Below, in pieces: positions 1 to 13,330 of a DNA stretch of 64,000 bases. The notes beneath the pieces were generated by a model, which had not been told where the DNA came from, searched no databases, and saw only the letters and a list, made by a program, of their open reading frames with translations. Within the stretch, counting starts at the first letter, position 1. Every line of letters begins with the position of its first letter. A program made the position numbers and the translations under genes. The stretch is from Hypanus sabinus (Eukaryota): assembly GCF_030144855.1 (NCBI RefSeq), contig NC_082730.1, positions 13,392,001 through 13,456,000 on the forward strand. The letters run 5' to 3'.

Positions 1-1619
1 GAGTTCATTGCAACAGATACCTGTGGAAGCCAGGTCATGGGGTATATTTAAAATGGGGGTTTGCAAGTTCTTGGTTGGTCTGGATTATCAAAGGTTACAG
101 GGAGAAGACAGGAGAATGGGATTGAGAGAGATAATAGATCAGTAATAATGGAATGGTGGAACAAAAGGGATGAGTTTCCTTCTCACTCTTACACATGTTA
201 TTAAACTTCTTTCAATACTTTCAGAATTCCACAAGCTGAGTTGTTAGAGTGAAGGGCATTCATTCTGAGCTGAAGAAAATGTTCGTATTGGGGAGGGGTA
301 CGATGCCATGACCAACATTGGTACTGTAGACATAGGTAGAGCTTTGATGGAGTTTCTGATGAAGGATTTTGAGAGGCTTGGGGGAAACTGTATGATTACA
401 GAATCAACAGGACTGAGTACTCATTCATCCAGAATATTCCAAAACAAATGGACATAAAGGAAAGGTGATAGTTTATTTGTTATTAATCAGGAAATTTGTC
501 AGAGTGGTGTTGCGCTGTTAGGGTTGAGTCTGTGGGTTGTAACGTAGAATCAGAATGGTTAAAATCACAAAGTGCATGGCTAAGGTAAGAGTTGTCTACT
601 CACTGCCAAAATTTCACCCTATATTAGTGCAGAGCATAAATGTGGAAATCACTAAGGCATGTTTGAAGGGAGCTGCAATTGTCACTGGAAAGTTCAGTGG
701 GAATTGGAATTGTTTGATTATTGTCACATATACGAAGATCCAGTGGAAAACTTTTGTTTGAACTCCCTCCAGACAGATCATTATCAACATCAGTATGTCA
801 AGGCAGTAAAGGGAAAACAAAATGCAGAATGTAATATGCAGGTACAGAGAAATGCAAGGGATACATGAGGTAGTTTGGAAGATCTGAGGTTCAACTTTGA
901 GTGTATGAAAGGTCTGCTCAGGATCTGTTTACAGTGGGTACAGAAGGTGTCCTCGAGCCTGGTGGTACATGCTCTAAAACATTTGTTTCCCTCTCATAGA
1001 CGGGAGGAGGGAGAAGAGCAAATTATCTGGGTGAAAGGGGTCCTTGATTTTTGATGGATGCTTTCCTGAGCCATAGACAAGAGAGACCAAAGAAGGGAGA
1101 CTGGTTTAGCTGATGGATTGAGTTATGTTCACAGCTCTTGTGGTCTTTGGAAGAGCAGTTGCTATAAAAATAGTGATTCATCCAGATCGGATGCCTTCTG
1201 TGGTGCATCTAATAAAATTGGCGTTGGTCATTGGGAGATGCCAAATTTTCTTAAGCTACTGATGAAGTTGCGGTGTCAGTGTCCTTTCTTGAGTATAGCA
1301 TCTGTATGGCTGGGTCAGGACAAATTCTTAGTGATACTTACGGCTGTGACTTTGAAGTTCTCAACCATCTCCAACTCTGCATTAATGATGCATACACAAG
1401 CACATGCTGCAACCTACTTTTTTAATGTCAATGACCAGCTCCTTCGTATTGATTACAAGCAAGAGTATCAAAGAGAAAAAAATTGTAGAGTACATGAGGA
1501 CTTAATTTTCAGAGCAATATGTTATGGAGCTTACCCAGGAACTAGCTCATGTGAGCAAGTTTTTGCTGGGAAATACACTCAGTGGCCACTTTATTAGGTA
1601 CACTACATATCATTATGTT

Positions 1620-3850
1620 AGGTAATAAAAAACTTCAGTTCCCAATGGGCAATGCAGGGAGTTCAACCCAGTGTCATACCTGAAGAGGGTGCAATGGCTA
1701 ACCCAAGAAAGACGTCGGATGCTGAAAACATGGAGTGTCCATAAACAGCGAGGAGATGAGACATTTCTTGGGGATGGAGATTTTTCTGGCTACGTTCACC
1801 CTTGACTGTCAGCTGTGTCAAACCACTTGCGTCACTCCTTGAGAATCAAAGTTATCTCATGAGCAAGAAGATTGTTTTCAAATGCTGAAAAGAGTCATCT
1901 CTAAAGAGACAGGCTGAAGTTCTATGATCCAGAAAGTTGTACTGGAACCTCAGCTGATATGTCCCAAAATGGCTTTGAATCAGTCCTACTGCAGCAGCAT
2001 GATGACACATGTCAACCTGTGACCTGTGTGTTAAGGGTTTTAGCAAGCGTGGAAGACAACTATATACAGGTAAAGCATTTCTCAGCAAATATGCATGCAT
2101 AGAGCTCCATCAGTACACCTATGGGCAAGGTTTTGAAGTGGAGACAGACCATACACCATTTGTCTCATTTCTGTCCAAACCACTGAACTACTGTCCCATG
2201 AGGATACAGCACGTGTTGAGAAGGCTGCAGAAATATGATGTGAAGATGATCTACACTGTGGGAAAATCAAGTTTGCTGCTGATGCACTGTCTTATGCAAT
2301 TTATGAGAAAGAACAGGTTGATGAAGAGGTTAATGCAGATATACAGGTCTTTGTTGAGACAATTGTCACCTCCCTTCCAATATCTCTTAAAAGAACAGAG
2401 CAGATTAGGAAAACAGCAGTGTCAGATGAAACAATGAGAGAACTCAAAGATACGATATGGAAAGCATTGACAGCAGCTAAGAATGACTGTCCAATGAGTA
2501 TTCAGGATTCTCGGGCTTCCAGAGCTGAAGTGTTAGTAGTGAAAGGTATGGTCTTCAAATAGAGCAATTTTGCTTCTTCAAAGGGAATGCTCCAAAAGAT
2601 GCACAACGGGCATTTGATGAGGGAATATGTAAACGTAGAGCTGGTGAAGTGATATACTGGTCAAAAAAGAACTGAGGCATCAACCAGACCATTGCTTCAT
2701 GTGAAATAGGCCTTACCGACAGATAAGAAATTAGCAAGCAGAACTGCTTCCACCAACACCTTGTACCAGACAGATAGTACTTCAATGTTGGAGTGGATTT
2801 GTTTGATTGTAAAGGGAAGAATCACAATGTTGTAACAAACTACTTTTCCAATTACCGAAATATTGCAACACTGCAATCAACATTCAGCAAAGCAGTCATC
2901 ACCTTCCTGAAAGCAGTGTTTGCAAGGCAGGGAGTTCCACGTGATGTAGTATCAGACAAGGGACCACAATTGGAGCAGTGAATTTCAGTCCTTTGCCAAT
3001 GAATGAGGGTTTTGACATATGTCATCAGTGAGAATCTAGCAGAGAGTTTAGTCAAGGTAGTGAAGGGCCTCAAGAGGAAAGTGCAAGATGGATGAGAGGA
3101 TTTCCACAAAAGTCTAGTGATTTACAGTGTGCCACTGCAGAATGGCCTTTCACCAGTCCGAGAGCTGATGGGTCGACAGACACGCACTAAACTTCCAGTG
3201 CATGAAATCCTGTTGACACCTAAATGAGCACACAAGGTCACACTGGCTAAAGTAAAAAGGATAGAAAAACAGAAAGAGTGTCATGACAAGACTGCAAAAA
3301 GACTACCAGTCCCGAAGCCTGGAGGTCATGTGAATTCGAGATCACGATTTTGTCACATAGTCCATGCAAAGAGGATGTAGATCCACATTCCTATCACATC
3401 CAGATGGAGCAAAACATCCCCGATGAGGAATCATGAATATGTACGGCCACAAGTTTAAACCCATAGCTGTCTCCTGTCAGTACACCAAAGCGGTCAGCAT
3501 ATGTAAAAAATGAACTTGTTGAGCAGAGTTCTCAGAAAGACACAAGTATTAACATAACAAATACAAGCCATACTCCTGTGGAAGTGAATAGCAGACAAAA
3601 AAGGACCATTAAACAACCTCGAGACTGAATGTAAGTTGAGAATAGATAAGGGAATGTAGCTGCTCATTACAATTGAAGTTGAAATGTTCAACAGTTGAGA
3701 ATTTGAATAAAAAAGGGAAAAGTGACTGGCTACAGAATGTAGATATCTTTGTTGAAATGAATCATTCTTCCTTGCAGGTTTATGAGCACGTAGACTAATA
3801 TTGGTTTTTCTTTCAAGAAGGAAGATGTGTTATTATGTGTGCATATTATG
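1620..3850 (+). mobile_element. Degenerate Gypsy remnant (RNase H, integrase, PPT, partial LTR)
   Basis: FEVETDHTP and VVSDKGPQ motifs with many stops and frameshifts. Purine tract at about 3709-3721. Confidence 0.8.
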
Positions 3851-3859
3851 ATTGGAGTT

Positions 3860-4374
3860 GATGATATTAGAGAGAAACTTGCCAATCTTGATTGGAGTAG
3901 CTTGCTTGCAGCAAGGGGGCAACTGACAAGTGGGAATTTTGTAAAAGTGAGATTATCCATATTCCCTTTGGAGTATTGTCAGGGCTGGCAGGAATAAAGA
4001 ATTCTTAATCATTAGAGACCTGGTCAGGAAAAAAGAAGGGTCAACTGGGATCTGGCAGTAAAGGAGATGCAGGTTTATGCTTAAGAAGGAAATGGAGAGT
4101 GCAAGGAGGTGGCATGAGATAGCTTTGGCTCAGACACACTTACTCACAGAGCCAGATGATCTCCGTTGGGAGAGCTTCTGAATATACAGAATGGAGAGCT
4201 GGTGGTCCCTGGTGATTACTGTACATTCACTGAAACCCCTGCCCTTTTGGCTGATAGCCTAGGGTGCAGGGAGAGGGCAGAAGTGTTCAAAATGCAAAGT
4301 AAATTTATTATCAAAGTCCATTCAGTGGGCTTATTCAATAAATCTATAATAGAATAATAACCATAACAGAATCA
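3860..4374 (+). repeat. About 510-bp direct repeat, left of the V1 exon
   Basis: Matches 6762-7265 (roughly 90%). It is made of a CR1-like fragment plus a LINE 3' tail. Copies lie at 40951-41474 and 48088-48592. Confidence 0.85.
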
Positions 4375-4781
4375 GCCTTCTTATTTAGGTTTTTTTTCAG
4401 ATTACCAGAAATCCCAACCATCCTTTTAGTGCTGTTGTAACGACCGGTTTGTAGGAAGGACAGGGAGCTGGGTGGAGAGCGTGCAAGGGAGATTCACCGG
4501 GATGTTGCCTGGTAAGCATTATGTGGAAAGACTAGAGAGACTGGGTTGTTCATTTTGGGGAGGTGAAGACTGAAGAGGGACTGACTGATATCTGCCAAAC
4601 TATATGGGGAATAGATGGAATTGTTTGTGGTAATCTTCTGCTCACAGTGTATGTAACCAGGGACTGAAGTTTAAGATAAGGAATAAAAGATTTAGAGAGC
4701 ATATAAAGAATATTTTTACTTCACCCAGAGGCGAGGGAGGAAATTCCCAGGCTGGGAGAGTGAAGAAAGATATTTACATAC

Positions 4782-5093
4782 CTTCAGGAAACTCCAGTGA
4801 AATGGTAAAGTTTTCATTCGCCTTTTGTATCATACACTGGTACAGCCCTTCATCACTGTTCTTTAGATTGTCCATGGTTACTGAGAATATCCCTAGTGCT
4901 TTGTTATCAGTAATTGATATGCGTCCATTTTGTGGCTTCTCAGTCGGAACCAGATCCTTACAACCAACGTCCGGATCACGTCTACACCATTTCTTCACGT
5001 AGTCCTTGTATTTCTGATCATACTGACATTCCAGAGTGACTGATTCTCCCACTTCTCCTCTGACCATCTCAGGTCCAGTTAATGCAGTTGAGC
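4782..5093 (-). CDS. Gene A exon 2: Ig V-type domain of a CD300/pIgR-like (MDIR-like) receptor
   Basis: 312-nt phase 1-1 exon with acceptor TTCACAG| and donor |GTATGT. Encodes (G)STALTGPEMVRGEVGESVTLECQY...KKWCRRDPDVGC...DEGLYQC...FPE. It has the V-set Cys/Trp/DxGxYxC core plus the extra WC...C pair typical of CD300/TREM/pIgR domains. Confidence 0.9.
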
Positions 5094-5344
5094 CTGTGAA
5101 CAGATTAATAATGAAAGGTCATTCAGACATCACCAGTACAAAGTGCAGTTAGTAATATAATCTCATCATTTCAGTTGTTCAGAAAATTCCATGATTTTGC
5201 AGAGATCATGTTCCACTTTAATATTTTATCCCTGATGTTGATCCTTATTTCACTGATATTGTTCCTGAAGTTACAGTGAAAGTGGAATTGCTCAGTTAGG
5301 CATTTCCAACTTGTGGGTGTGCTGTTTCTTCTGTTGCTCTGTTG

Positions 5345-6290
5345 GTTCAATATGAGCAGATTGGAAGTAACATCTCCTCCTTGCTGACAATCAACCCTGG
5401 CTCTCCTCAGGGATGTGTGTTTAGCCCACTTCTCTACTACCGGACAACCACGACTGGGGACAGCTCAAATGTCATCCAGAAATTTGCTGATGATAAGGTC
5501 ATTGTTGGCAGAATTTCAGATGGTGACGAGAGGGCATACAGGAGTAGGATATACCAGCTAGTTGAGTGGTGTCACAATGCACTCAGCACACCTAAGACCA
5601 AAGGGCTGCTTGTGGACTTTCATAAAGGTAAGATGAGGCAACACAATCCTCGGACATTTCTAAAAACTGTACAATCTGTCTGGCTGCATCACTATCCAGT
5701 ACATGGGGGTGGGGATCTACTGCACAGGATCGAAGTAAGCTGCAGAAAGTTAGAAAATTAGTCAGTCCAATGACGGGTGCTTGCCTCAGTATTATCCAAG
5801 ATGTCTTCGGGGAGTGATGCCTCAAAATCGGTGAACATCATTTAGAACCCCCATCCCCAGGAAATGTCCTCTTCTTGTTGTTACAATCGGGAGGGAGGTA
5901 CAGAAGCATGAAAGCACACACTCAACAATTCAGAAACAGCTTCTGCCCATCTGCTCTCTGATTTCTGAATGGACATTGAGCTCATGAACAATACATTGCT
6001 TTTTCATTTTCTATTTTTGCTCTACTTATGTAAGAAAACAATTTTTATCTGTTACATACTTTTACAACTCTTCAGTTTACTTTGATCCTGTTCAGTAGCT
6101 CACCACCCCACTCCATACCAGATGGTGATACAGTCAGTATATATCTACACACAGTACCTACTGTCATTCAGTTTTTTCACTATATAATCATAATGGTTTT
6201 GTGCTGCTGCTGCTGCAAAGTTAACAAATTTCACAAAATACGCAGGTGATATTAAGCCTGATTCTGATTCTTGTTGAGAGCAGGTTGTGA
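5345..6290 (+). mobile_element. Rex1/Babar-like LINE RT 3' fragment (copies at about 35005-35910 and 46694-47600)
   Basis: GSPQGCVFSPLLY, KFADD..IVGRISDGDERAYR and KTK.L.VDF motifs. CTGATT tail at about 6257-6270. Confidence 0.75.
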
Positions 6291-6761
6291 TTTCTGGGAA
6301 AATGATCCCTGCTGTGGTTCAGTGAAAGAGTCACCAGCTTCTCAGGGGCAACCAGAGATGGAGAATAAATTCTGCCCTTGCGATGATACCCAGTTCTCAC
6401 TGAAACTATTGGGGGATCACCCAGTGTGGCTTTTTGGGTGAAACTCAGAGGAAGAACTGGCTGAATACTTTATTCAGATTCCACCAGAGGCCGTCTAACA
6501 ATAAACCCAGATTAGAGGAACAAATTCTTCAAGGTGGTTGCAGAAAGTTGCGTGAATATTAACTTTGTCATGATAAATGATTTGACTTTCTAAATAAAGA
6601 GTGAATCTGCTTTAGTGCTAAGGAAATTGATGGGATTGTGTTTATTAATAGTTTTCAGGAAAGTTCCTGCAAGCAGTATATAGAAGGCTCTGCTACAGAG
6701 AGGGAAAGGCCCAATATATTCTTGGGAAATGGGCTGGACAAATTGGAGCATGGCCAATTTT

Positions 6762-7265
6762 GATGATATTAGAGAAAAACTTGCCGAACTTGATTGGAGT
6801 AGTTTGTTTGCAGGCAAGGGGGCGATTGACAAGTGGGAATTTTGTAAAAGTGTGATAATTTGGAGTATTGTCAGGGCTGGCAGGAATAAAGAATTCTTAA
6901 TCTTAGAGACCTGGTGAGGAAAAAAGAAGGGTCAACTGGGATCTGGCAGTAAAGGAGATGCAGTTTTATGCTTAAGAAGGAAATGGAGAGTGCAAGGAGG
7001 TGGTATGAGATAGCTTTGGCTCAGACACACTTACTCACAGAGCCAGCTGATCTCCGTTGGGAGAGCTTCTGAATATACAGAATGGAGAGCTGGTGGTCCC
7101 TGGTGATTAATGTACATGCACTGAAACCCCTGCCCTTTTGGCTGATAGCCTAGGGTGCAGCGAGAAAGCAACAATGTTGAAAATGCAAAGTAAATTTATT
7201 ATCAAAGTCCATTCAGTGGGCTTATTCAATAAATCCATAATAGAATAATAGCCATAACAGAATCA
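6762..7265 (+). repeat. About 510-bp direct repeat, right of the V1 exon
   Basis: Partner of 3860-4374. Confidence 0.85.
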
Positions 7266-9249
7266 ATGAAAGACCTCTTGAATGTTCAGCCTGTGTGCAA
7301 ATACAAAATAAAGAAATTATAAGCAATAATTATCCAGAAGATGCGATGAAATGTCCTTGAAAGTGAGTTCATAGGTTGTGGGAGTGCTTTAATGATGGGA
7401 AAAGTGTAGTTATCCCTCTGGTTCAGGAGCCCGATGGTTGTGGGGTAATAAGTGTTCCTGAACCTGCTGGTATTGGGTCCTGTTGCTCCTGTACCTCCTT
7501 CCTGATGGCAGCAGTGCGAAGAGAGCATGTTCTGGGGGGTAAAGATCCTTGATGATGAATGTTGCTTTCCTGTGACAATATTTCGTGTAGATGTGCCCAG
7601 TTGATCCTGTGTTAAGTCCACAATTTGCAGTGGTGGGGATGGCTTTACCATGATGGACTGTGTCATATCCACTACTTTTTGTAGGTTTTTTTGTTTAGGG
7701 CTACACCAGGCTGTGATGCAGCCAGTGAATATAGTCTTCAATAGACACCCATAAGACTGGCAATGTTTAAGATGTCATGCTGAAACATCGAGGCAAATGC
7801 GGAGGTTGAGCGTGCAGGCTATCCTCAGAGGGGCTGCTGGGTTCGAGTCGCTCCCCTCGGAGGGACGCTAGGTTCGAGTCACTCTCCTTGGAAAGGTCAC
7901 TAAACTTGCAGGTGTTCTCCCCTAGGATCTCAGAGATTTTATTGAAATTCTGAGACGTATGGATTGGACTGGAGTTCAAGCTAACTGAAGTTCATATTGG
8001 CCTCTTTCAGCTCTATGTGTTTGTCTTGCGTTCTCACCCATTCTTTCTTGTTGCTGATTGTCAGGCTCGGGGTTTGGGGTTTGATGTTCTTTTTGCTGGT
8101 TCTCTGTCTGAGCAAACTGTTAGTTTTTGTGTGAGGGGTGGTCTGTGGAGGTGGGCGGGTTGTGGTTTGGGGATTGTGAATTTTTGTTTTTTTTTCTTTT
8201 CCTACAAGGGAGTTGATGTATTTTCTTTCAACTATATGGTTTTTCTGTACTCTATGACTAACAGGAAAGGATGAATCTCAGAGATGTGTTCTGCAGAAAT
8301 ATTTTGATAATAAAATGAACCTTTGAGCCTTTGAATCTTTACAAAATTGAAAGGAAGTATGCACGCTGTCTTGCTTTCTTCGTAATTTCACTTTATGTGC
8401 TGGGCCTAAGACAGGTCCTCCAAAATAATAACACGGAGGAATTTAAAATTGCTGTCCCTCCCCATCTCTGATCCTCCGATGAGGACTGGCTCATGGACCT
8501 CTGGTTTCCTGCTCTAGAGATTTGACCATAAATTTGACTTATCACCAAGAACACAAATTTGGCTTATCACCAAGAACAAGGTAATCTTCCTCATGGCACC
8601 AAAACAAAATCTTCCATGGAATTGCTTCACCCACTTGAAGACCTTCCACATTCCAACCACTACTATCAGAACCTCTGTTGACTGAGGATTTGCTTAAGGT
8701 CACCCGCATCCTAACTCCTCCCTACTGGGGTGAATGGTGTGACCACCCTCTCCTTAGTCGTACTAAAGCCCATGCCAACTTCCCTGGATGCCAGCTCATT
8801 ATTCAGTCTGGTTCTGTGCGTTCAGCTTTATTCTCCATATACATTTACATGTATTCGGAATGTACAGTGGGGTGTTGGTGAGACAGAAAAGAGAAAACCT
8901 CACCACTCAGAAATTATAATAATACATTATATAAAAATAAATTGGCAGTTAAAATACAGATATCGAATAAAACATGCATAAATAAATACCAGCACATACT
9001 TGCAATGTAAACAACATTATAAAAATGGTTTAAAGTTTTGACAGTTAGTACAGAGACAGGGATGGGTGGGGATACAATCCAGACTAGTTACCTGGGGGAA
9101 GAAACTTTTAAAATGTTGTAAAGGTTTTGTTTTAATAGGCCTATCGTGCTTTTCAGAAGGGAGTTTTAGGAAAAAGTAGTTTGCTGGTGGGTAGAGATTG
9201 CAATGAATTTTCCTGCCCATTTCTTCATCCTAGACACATACCAGTCCTG

Positions 9250-9800
9250 CTGTAATGGTGGGCTGCAGCCAAGGATATTTTCATCAAAGTGGCAGTTCAC
9301 TGTAGCTTCTGTTTATTGTGAGGAGATGCTACATAAACCAGGCAGAAATGGCTGATGTGGGGATGCTCTTTATGATAACAGTGTAGAATTGCACCAGCAT
9401 ATTATGGGGAAGGTGGAATTTCACCAATTGTCACAACAGAACATCCACTGCCGATCCTTCTTGTTAATAAAGGACATACAGGTCTCCCGCACGATCTCCT
9501 GCGAAATACTGATGACCAGGTACTTCAATGATGACACAGTGCCCACTGTGGAGTTGTTGGTGGTAAGAGTGTGGAGAGGAGACCCTTTACTCCTGAAGTT
9601 GATTAACACCTCCATGGTTTTGAGGGCATTCAGCTCCAAGTTGTTGCGATTGTATCGACTCTGGTGATTAGTCAGTGATTAAGCAAACTTTATCAGTTTA
9701 ATTGATAGATCACTGAATACACAGCCATTGGTGTATAGAGAAAGTAGTAGAGGGGATGGAACACAGAGCTGTGGTGCACCAGAGCTGAGTGAGCATGATG
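9250..9800 (-). mobile_element. Rex1/Babar-like LINE RT fragment (duplicate at about 50590-51140)
   Basis: LELNALKT.E..I.FR...V.TVSS.KYL motif. Confidence 0.65.
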
Positions 9801-11256
9801 TGGAGATGTGCTTGCCTCGTCTCATATACTGCCTTCTGTCGGTACGTCACACGTCCCCATTCAATTAAACTGTACTGCTGGTCATGAAAGCTGCTGTTTC
9901 AACCCCTAGCCCCAGTGGAAAATCCATACCTTCATGTGACAGGATCGTTACTCCCTCTGGTTAGAAGTAGAAAACAAAAGGATTTAGTCCGATACTGAGA
10001 ACCAGGCTGTGCGGGAGGAAAACGGGGAAACAGTGTCACAGAAGTTTGGAGGAGATTCCAAACCTCAAGCTCTGTCTATTATAGTTAAAGTAGCCACTCA
10101 CCTGAAATAAACTGTCTTCCATGGATACTGGCAGCTCGGGAACATCTGCCCACTGTACTTCATCCAGTCTCTGAAGCTTAACATCATTCAATTCTCTTTC
10201 CAGTTGCTGGTAATGTGGGCAGTGGACAGCACACTCCCCATTGCGTAATGTCAGGAGCAGGTGTGGAGATGTGTGATCAGATCAATCCAGGAACAGTCAC
10301 CAGTTATCATCAAGGAATTCAGAGACCTGATCTTCAGAGACTGGGTAAAGCCCACAGTGCAGACGTGCCCAAGCTACCAGGGCCTGTTGTGTTGCAATTT
10401 ATTGTAGGCGAGCAGATGATTTTTAGCAGAGGGGAGACATTGGCACAAATCCTCCAAATATAAAATTAAAAAGAGCTTGTGATGGTTCCTGATTGCAAAA
10501 GAACATCTGTTTCCAAAGGTTGGGTTGCACACATTTTTATTTGAGTGTCCTATAATTCAACGTTTTCCCATGCAGTGTGCAGGGAGTGTCTTAGAGACGT
10601 AGAGTCATTGAACACTACAGTGTGGAAACCAGCCTTTCAGTCTATGCTGAGCTAATAATCTGCCGAGACCTATCAACCTTCACCCAGACCGTAGTCCTCC
10701 ATGCCTGTCCCATCTATGTACTTATCCAAATTTCTCTTGAATATTGAAATCGAACCTGCATCCACCACTTCTGCTAGCAGTCTGCTGTGGCTTTTCCAAG
10801 CTGGCTGTGCCCCACCCAGTGCCTGTGGTGTATTCCAGGCCAAGCTCGGTGGCTGATGTTCTGGCCACCGAGTCAGAGCATTGCCGGTTCCTCTCACACT
10901 CCAGAAGCCTGAGCACTGACGGAGTGTTCTACTGAGGGAGCTTGGCACTGTGAGAGGACCCTGCCTTATCAGGATGAGAATTACCCCTGCAACCATGGGC
11001 AAGAGGCAGGATAGAGGGCTGTTATCTCTTCGCTATACAGGAGAAATTGCTGTGTACACATCGGCTACACACATCACAACAGACTCTGAAGTTACTGCAG
11101 GATCCTGCAGACTGAGTGTTTTACCATTAGCTTAACCACCGAGCGAGGGAACGGTATCAGAAGTTCCTGATTTTCATCAGTTGCTTTGACAAAAACACTT
11201 CAGGCTACTTGTTAATAATTCGACTGATCAGATAATTTTATAAAATAATGATTTAC

Positions 11257-11353
11257 CTGATGTGAAGCCAACAGAGATGAGAAACAACAGAACAATAGAT
11301 TCCACAATCCTGGGCTGTTTCTGGTGGGTGAGTTCACCCTGCAGCAGCTCCAT
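11257..11353 (-). CDS. Gene A exon 1: signal-peptide (leader) exon
   Basis: Start context AAATATGG. Reads MELLQGELTHQKQPRIVESIVLLFLISVGFTS(G) with a hydrophobic core. Ends in a phase-1 donor CAG|GTAAAT that joins the V exon in frame. Too short for the ORF track. Confidence 0.8.
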
Positions 11354-11403
11354 ATTTCAGCAGTGTCAACCTGATCAGGTCCCTGTACTGTGTCTGAGTT
11401 GGT

Positions 11404-11499
11404 CACTTCCTTATCCAGATATCTCAAAGAGAACAGTTCCTCTTTTGAAATGAAACACGTCAGCTGCGGTGTACAGACAGTTTGGTGACTCACTTCCTG
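11404..11499 (-). promoter_or_regulatory. Putative haematopoietic promoter of gene A
   Basis: Lies 50-150 nt upstream of the ATG. ETS AAGGAAGTG (11404-11412), PU.1-type AAAAGAGGAACT (11435-11446), E-box CAGCTG (11461-11466), RUNX TGCGGT (11465-11470), AP-1 TGACTCA (11486-11492), ETS CAGGAAGTG (11491-11499). Motif matches only. Confidence 0.55.
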
Positions 11500-12559
11500 A
11501 CTCCCCCAAAGTCAATGCCTATTACATCTCTCCTCTTCATCCTCTCGTTCCTCAGTCCCAACTGTATTCATCCAACCTACAAATCTCGGTTTTATATACC
11601 CCTGTAAAATCTTCCTTATTCACCTACTGTCCAGTAAAAGAAGGCCCAACCTGCTCAACCTCTCTCTGTAAATCTTTTTAACTTAATGTCATCTTTCCTG
11701 TAGCAGGATTATCAAAACTGAACACAATATTGCAAATGTGTCCTTGCCAATATCTTGTAGAACCGCAACATAACATCCCAAATTCTATACTCGCTCCCTG
11801 ACCGGGGTGGGGGGTGGGGGAGGCAGTGTACCAGAAGCCTTTTTCACCTCACAATCTATTTGTGATGTTAATCTCAAGAAACCAAGCTCATGTACTCCTC
11901 AGTCTCTCAGTTCTACAACTCTACTCAGGGCCTCACCGTTCACTGTAATGTCCGACCCTTATTCCCTTCCCAGATGAAGGTCTGCTGCATCGTTGAGCCT
12001 TTCAGCCTGACCACTGCGTGATTTGTCAACTCCATTAGGAAATTCATCCAACAGTGCTTCTTGCAGAAAAGAGGAGAAAGTCCATGTTCTTGGGCAAAAG
12101 AAGAACAATCCCTTTAGGCAATGGAAAGAAGGCTGGCTGTGTTGTTGTCACCTCATTAATGTGTATGAGCTTGCTGTTCATAAACTTGCTTTGCTGCTAA
12201 TGTTCTGATCCTACATCAGTTATGTAAGGAAGTGACTGCAGTATCAGGAATTTGCAAAGCTGTGAACGGTTTATCTTTTCTTTAACACCCAGTGAAGTGA
12301 GTAACATTGAGGTTTAGACTTGGATCCACTAAGCTAATGAAGAATTCTTAAAGTTACATGTTATTAATCGCAAAGGACATTAAGAAGTTATTTATCTGAT
12401 GAAATGTCAACAGAAGTAAGAACCTAAAGAGCAAGACTACACCTCCACCATAAGGCCAGGTATTGCAAGCAAGTTTCACTGATAATGTAGTTCATAATGT
12501 GTGAGCAGAGTCTAACTTCACCTTTTCTTTTGCCTTTTCGATAGCCACCTCACACTGCT

Positions 12560-13330
12560 TTGTCCATTGCCATTTCTTCCCAATCTGTAGTAATGACTTC
12601 AAAGGAGCAGTGCAGCCAGGTTTGGCAGGAGCATGTCATAGTAATTGAGAATTCCTGTAAAGGATCACAGCTCTGACAGGTCCTTTGGCCTTGGGCATCC
12701 AGCACTGCTTGAATATTCTTTGTACCCTTGTGTGTTGTGCATAAATACTGTGACCACAGTAAGTAATGTTTGATTAAAGAAATCACACTTGCCATATAGT
12801 GCTTTAATCCCATAGTCTTCTAAGCTATTTAACACTTTTTTGGAATTTTAAAGATGTTCCGTGTTATCCTTGGTAACGGTGATGTCACCCAGGTAACACT
12901 GAGTGCCTTTAGATCTTGCAGCAACTGGTCCATAACTTTCTTGCAGAGTGCAGGTGGAGATGCTACTTTAAAAACAAGTCCGTGATCACAATAAAGACCT
13001 CTGAGAGTGTTTATGGTGAGGAACACTTTGGACTCTTCTACCATCTCCTTCTGTAGGGTACCGCAGCTAAGTCCACACTGCCAAAGTGTTTCCCCCGCAA
13101 AGGTTTGCAAAGATATCCTCCATCCTGGGCAAAAGGTATTGGTCTACTTTCAATACTGGGTTGATGGTGACCATAAAATCACCACAGATCCAGACAGACT
13201 TTTCCTTCTTGGCTACTGGGACCACTGGTAATGCCCATGGGCTCCACTCAACCGTGGAAAAAGTCCTTCAGCCTCCATGCAATCTCGCTCACTGGCTTTT
13301 TTTTAATCACAGAATTTAATAAACCAAATG
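12560..13330 (-). mobile_element. Degenerate Gypsy RT fragment
   Basis: PVAKK...ICGDF..TINPVLKVDQY.LP..EDIFA motif, clearest in the duplicate at about 53905-54675 (ORF 54173..54568). Confidence 0.75.

Noticed and set aside
1118-1597. 159-aa ORF (and its copy at 38215-38694)
   Set aside because: No recognisable domain. It overlaps decayed LINE-like sequence, and its conservation only reflects the recent duplication.
7840-7890. Two GGTTCGAGTC B-box-like motifs
   Set aside because: No A-box spacing or cloverleaf is evident. They sit inside a repeat-like segment and are not a tRNA gene.
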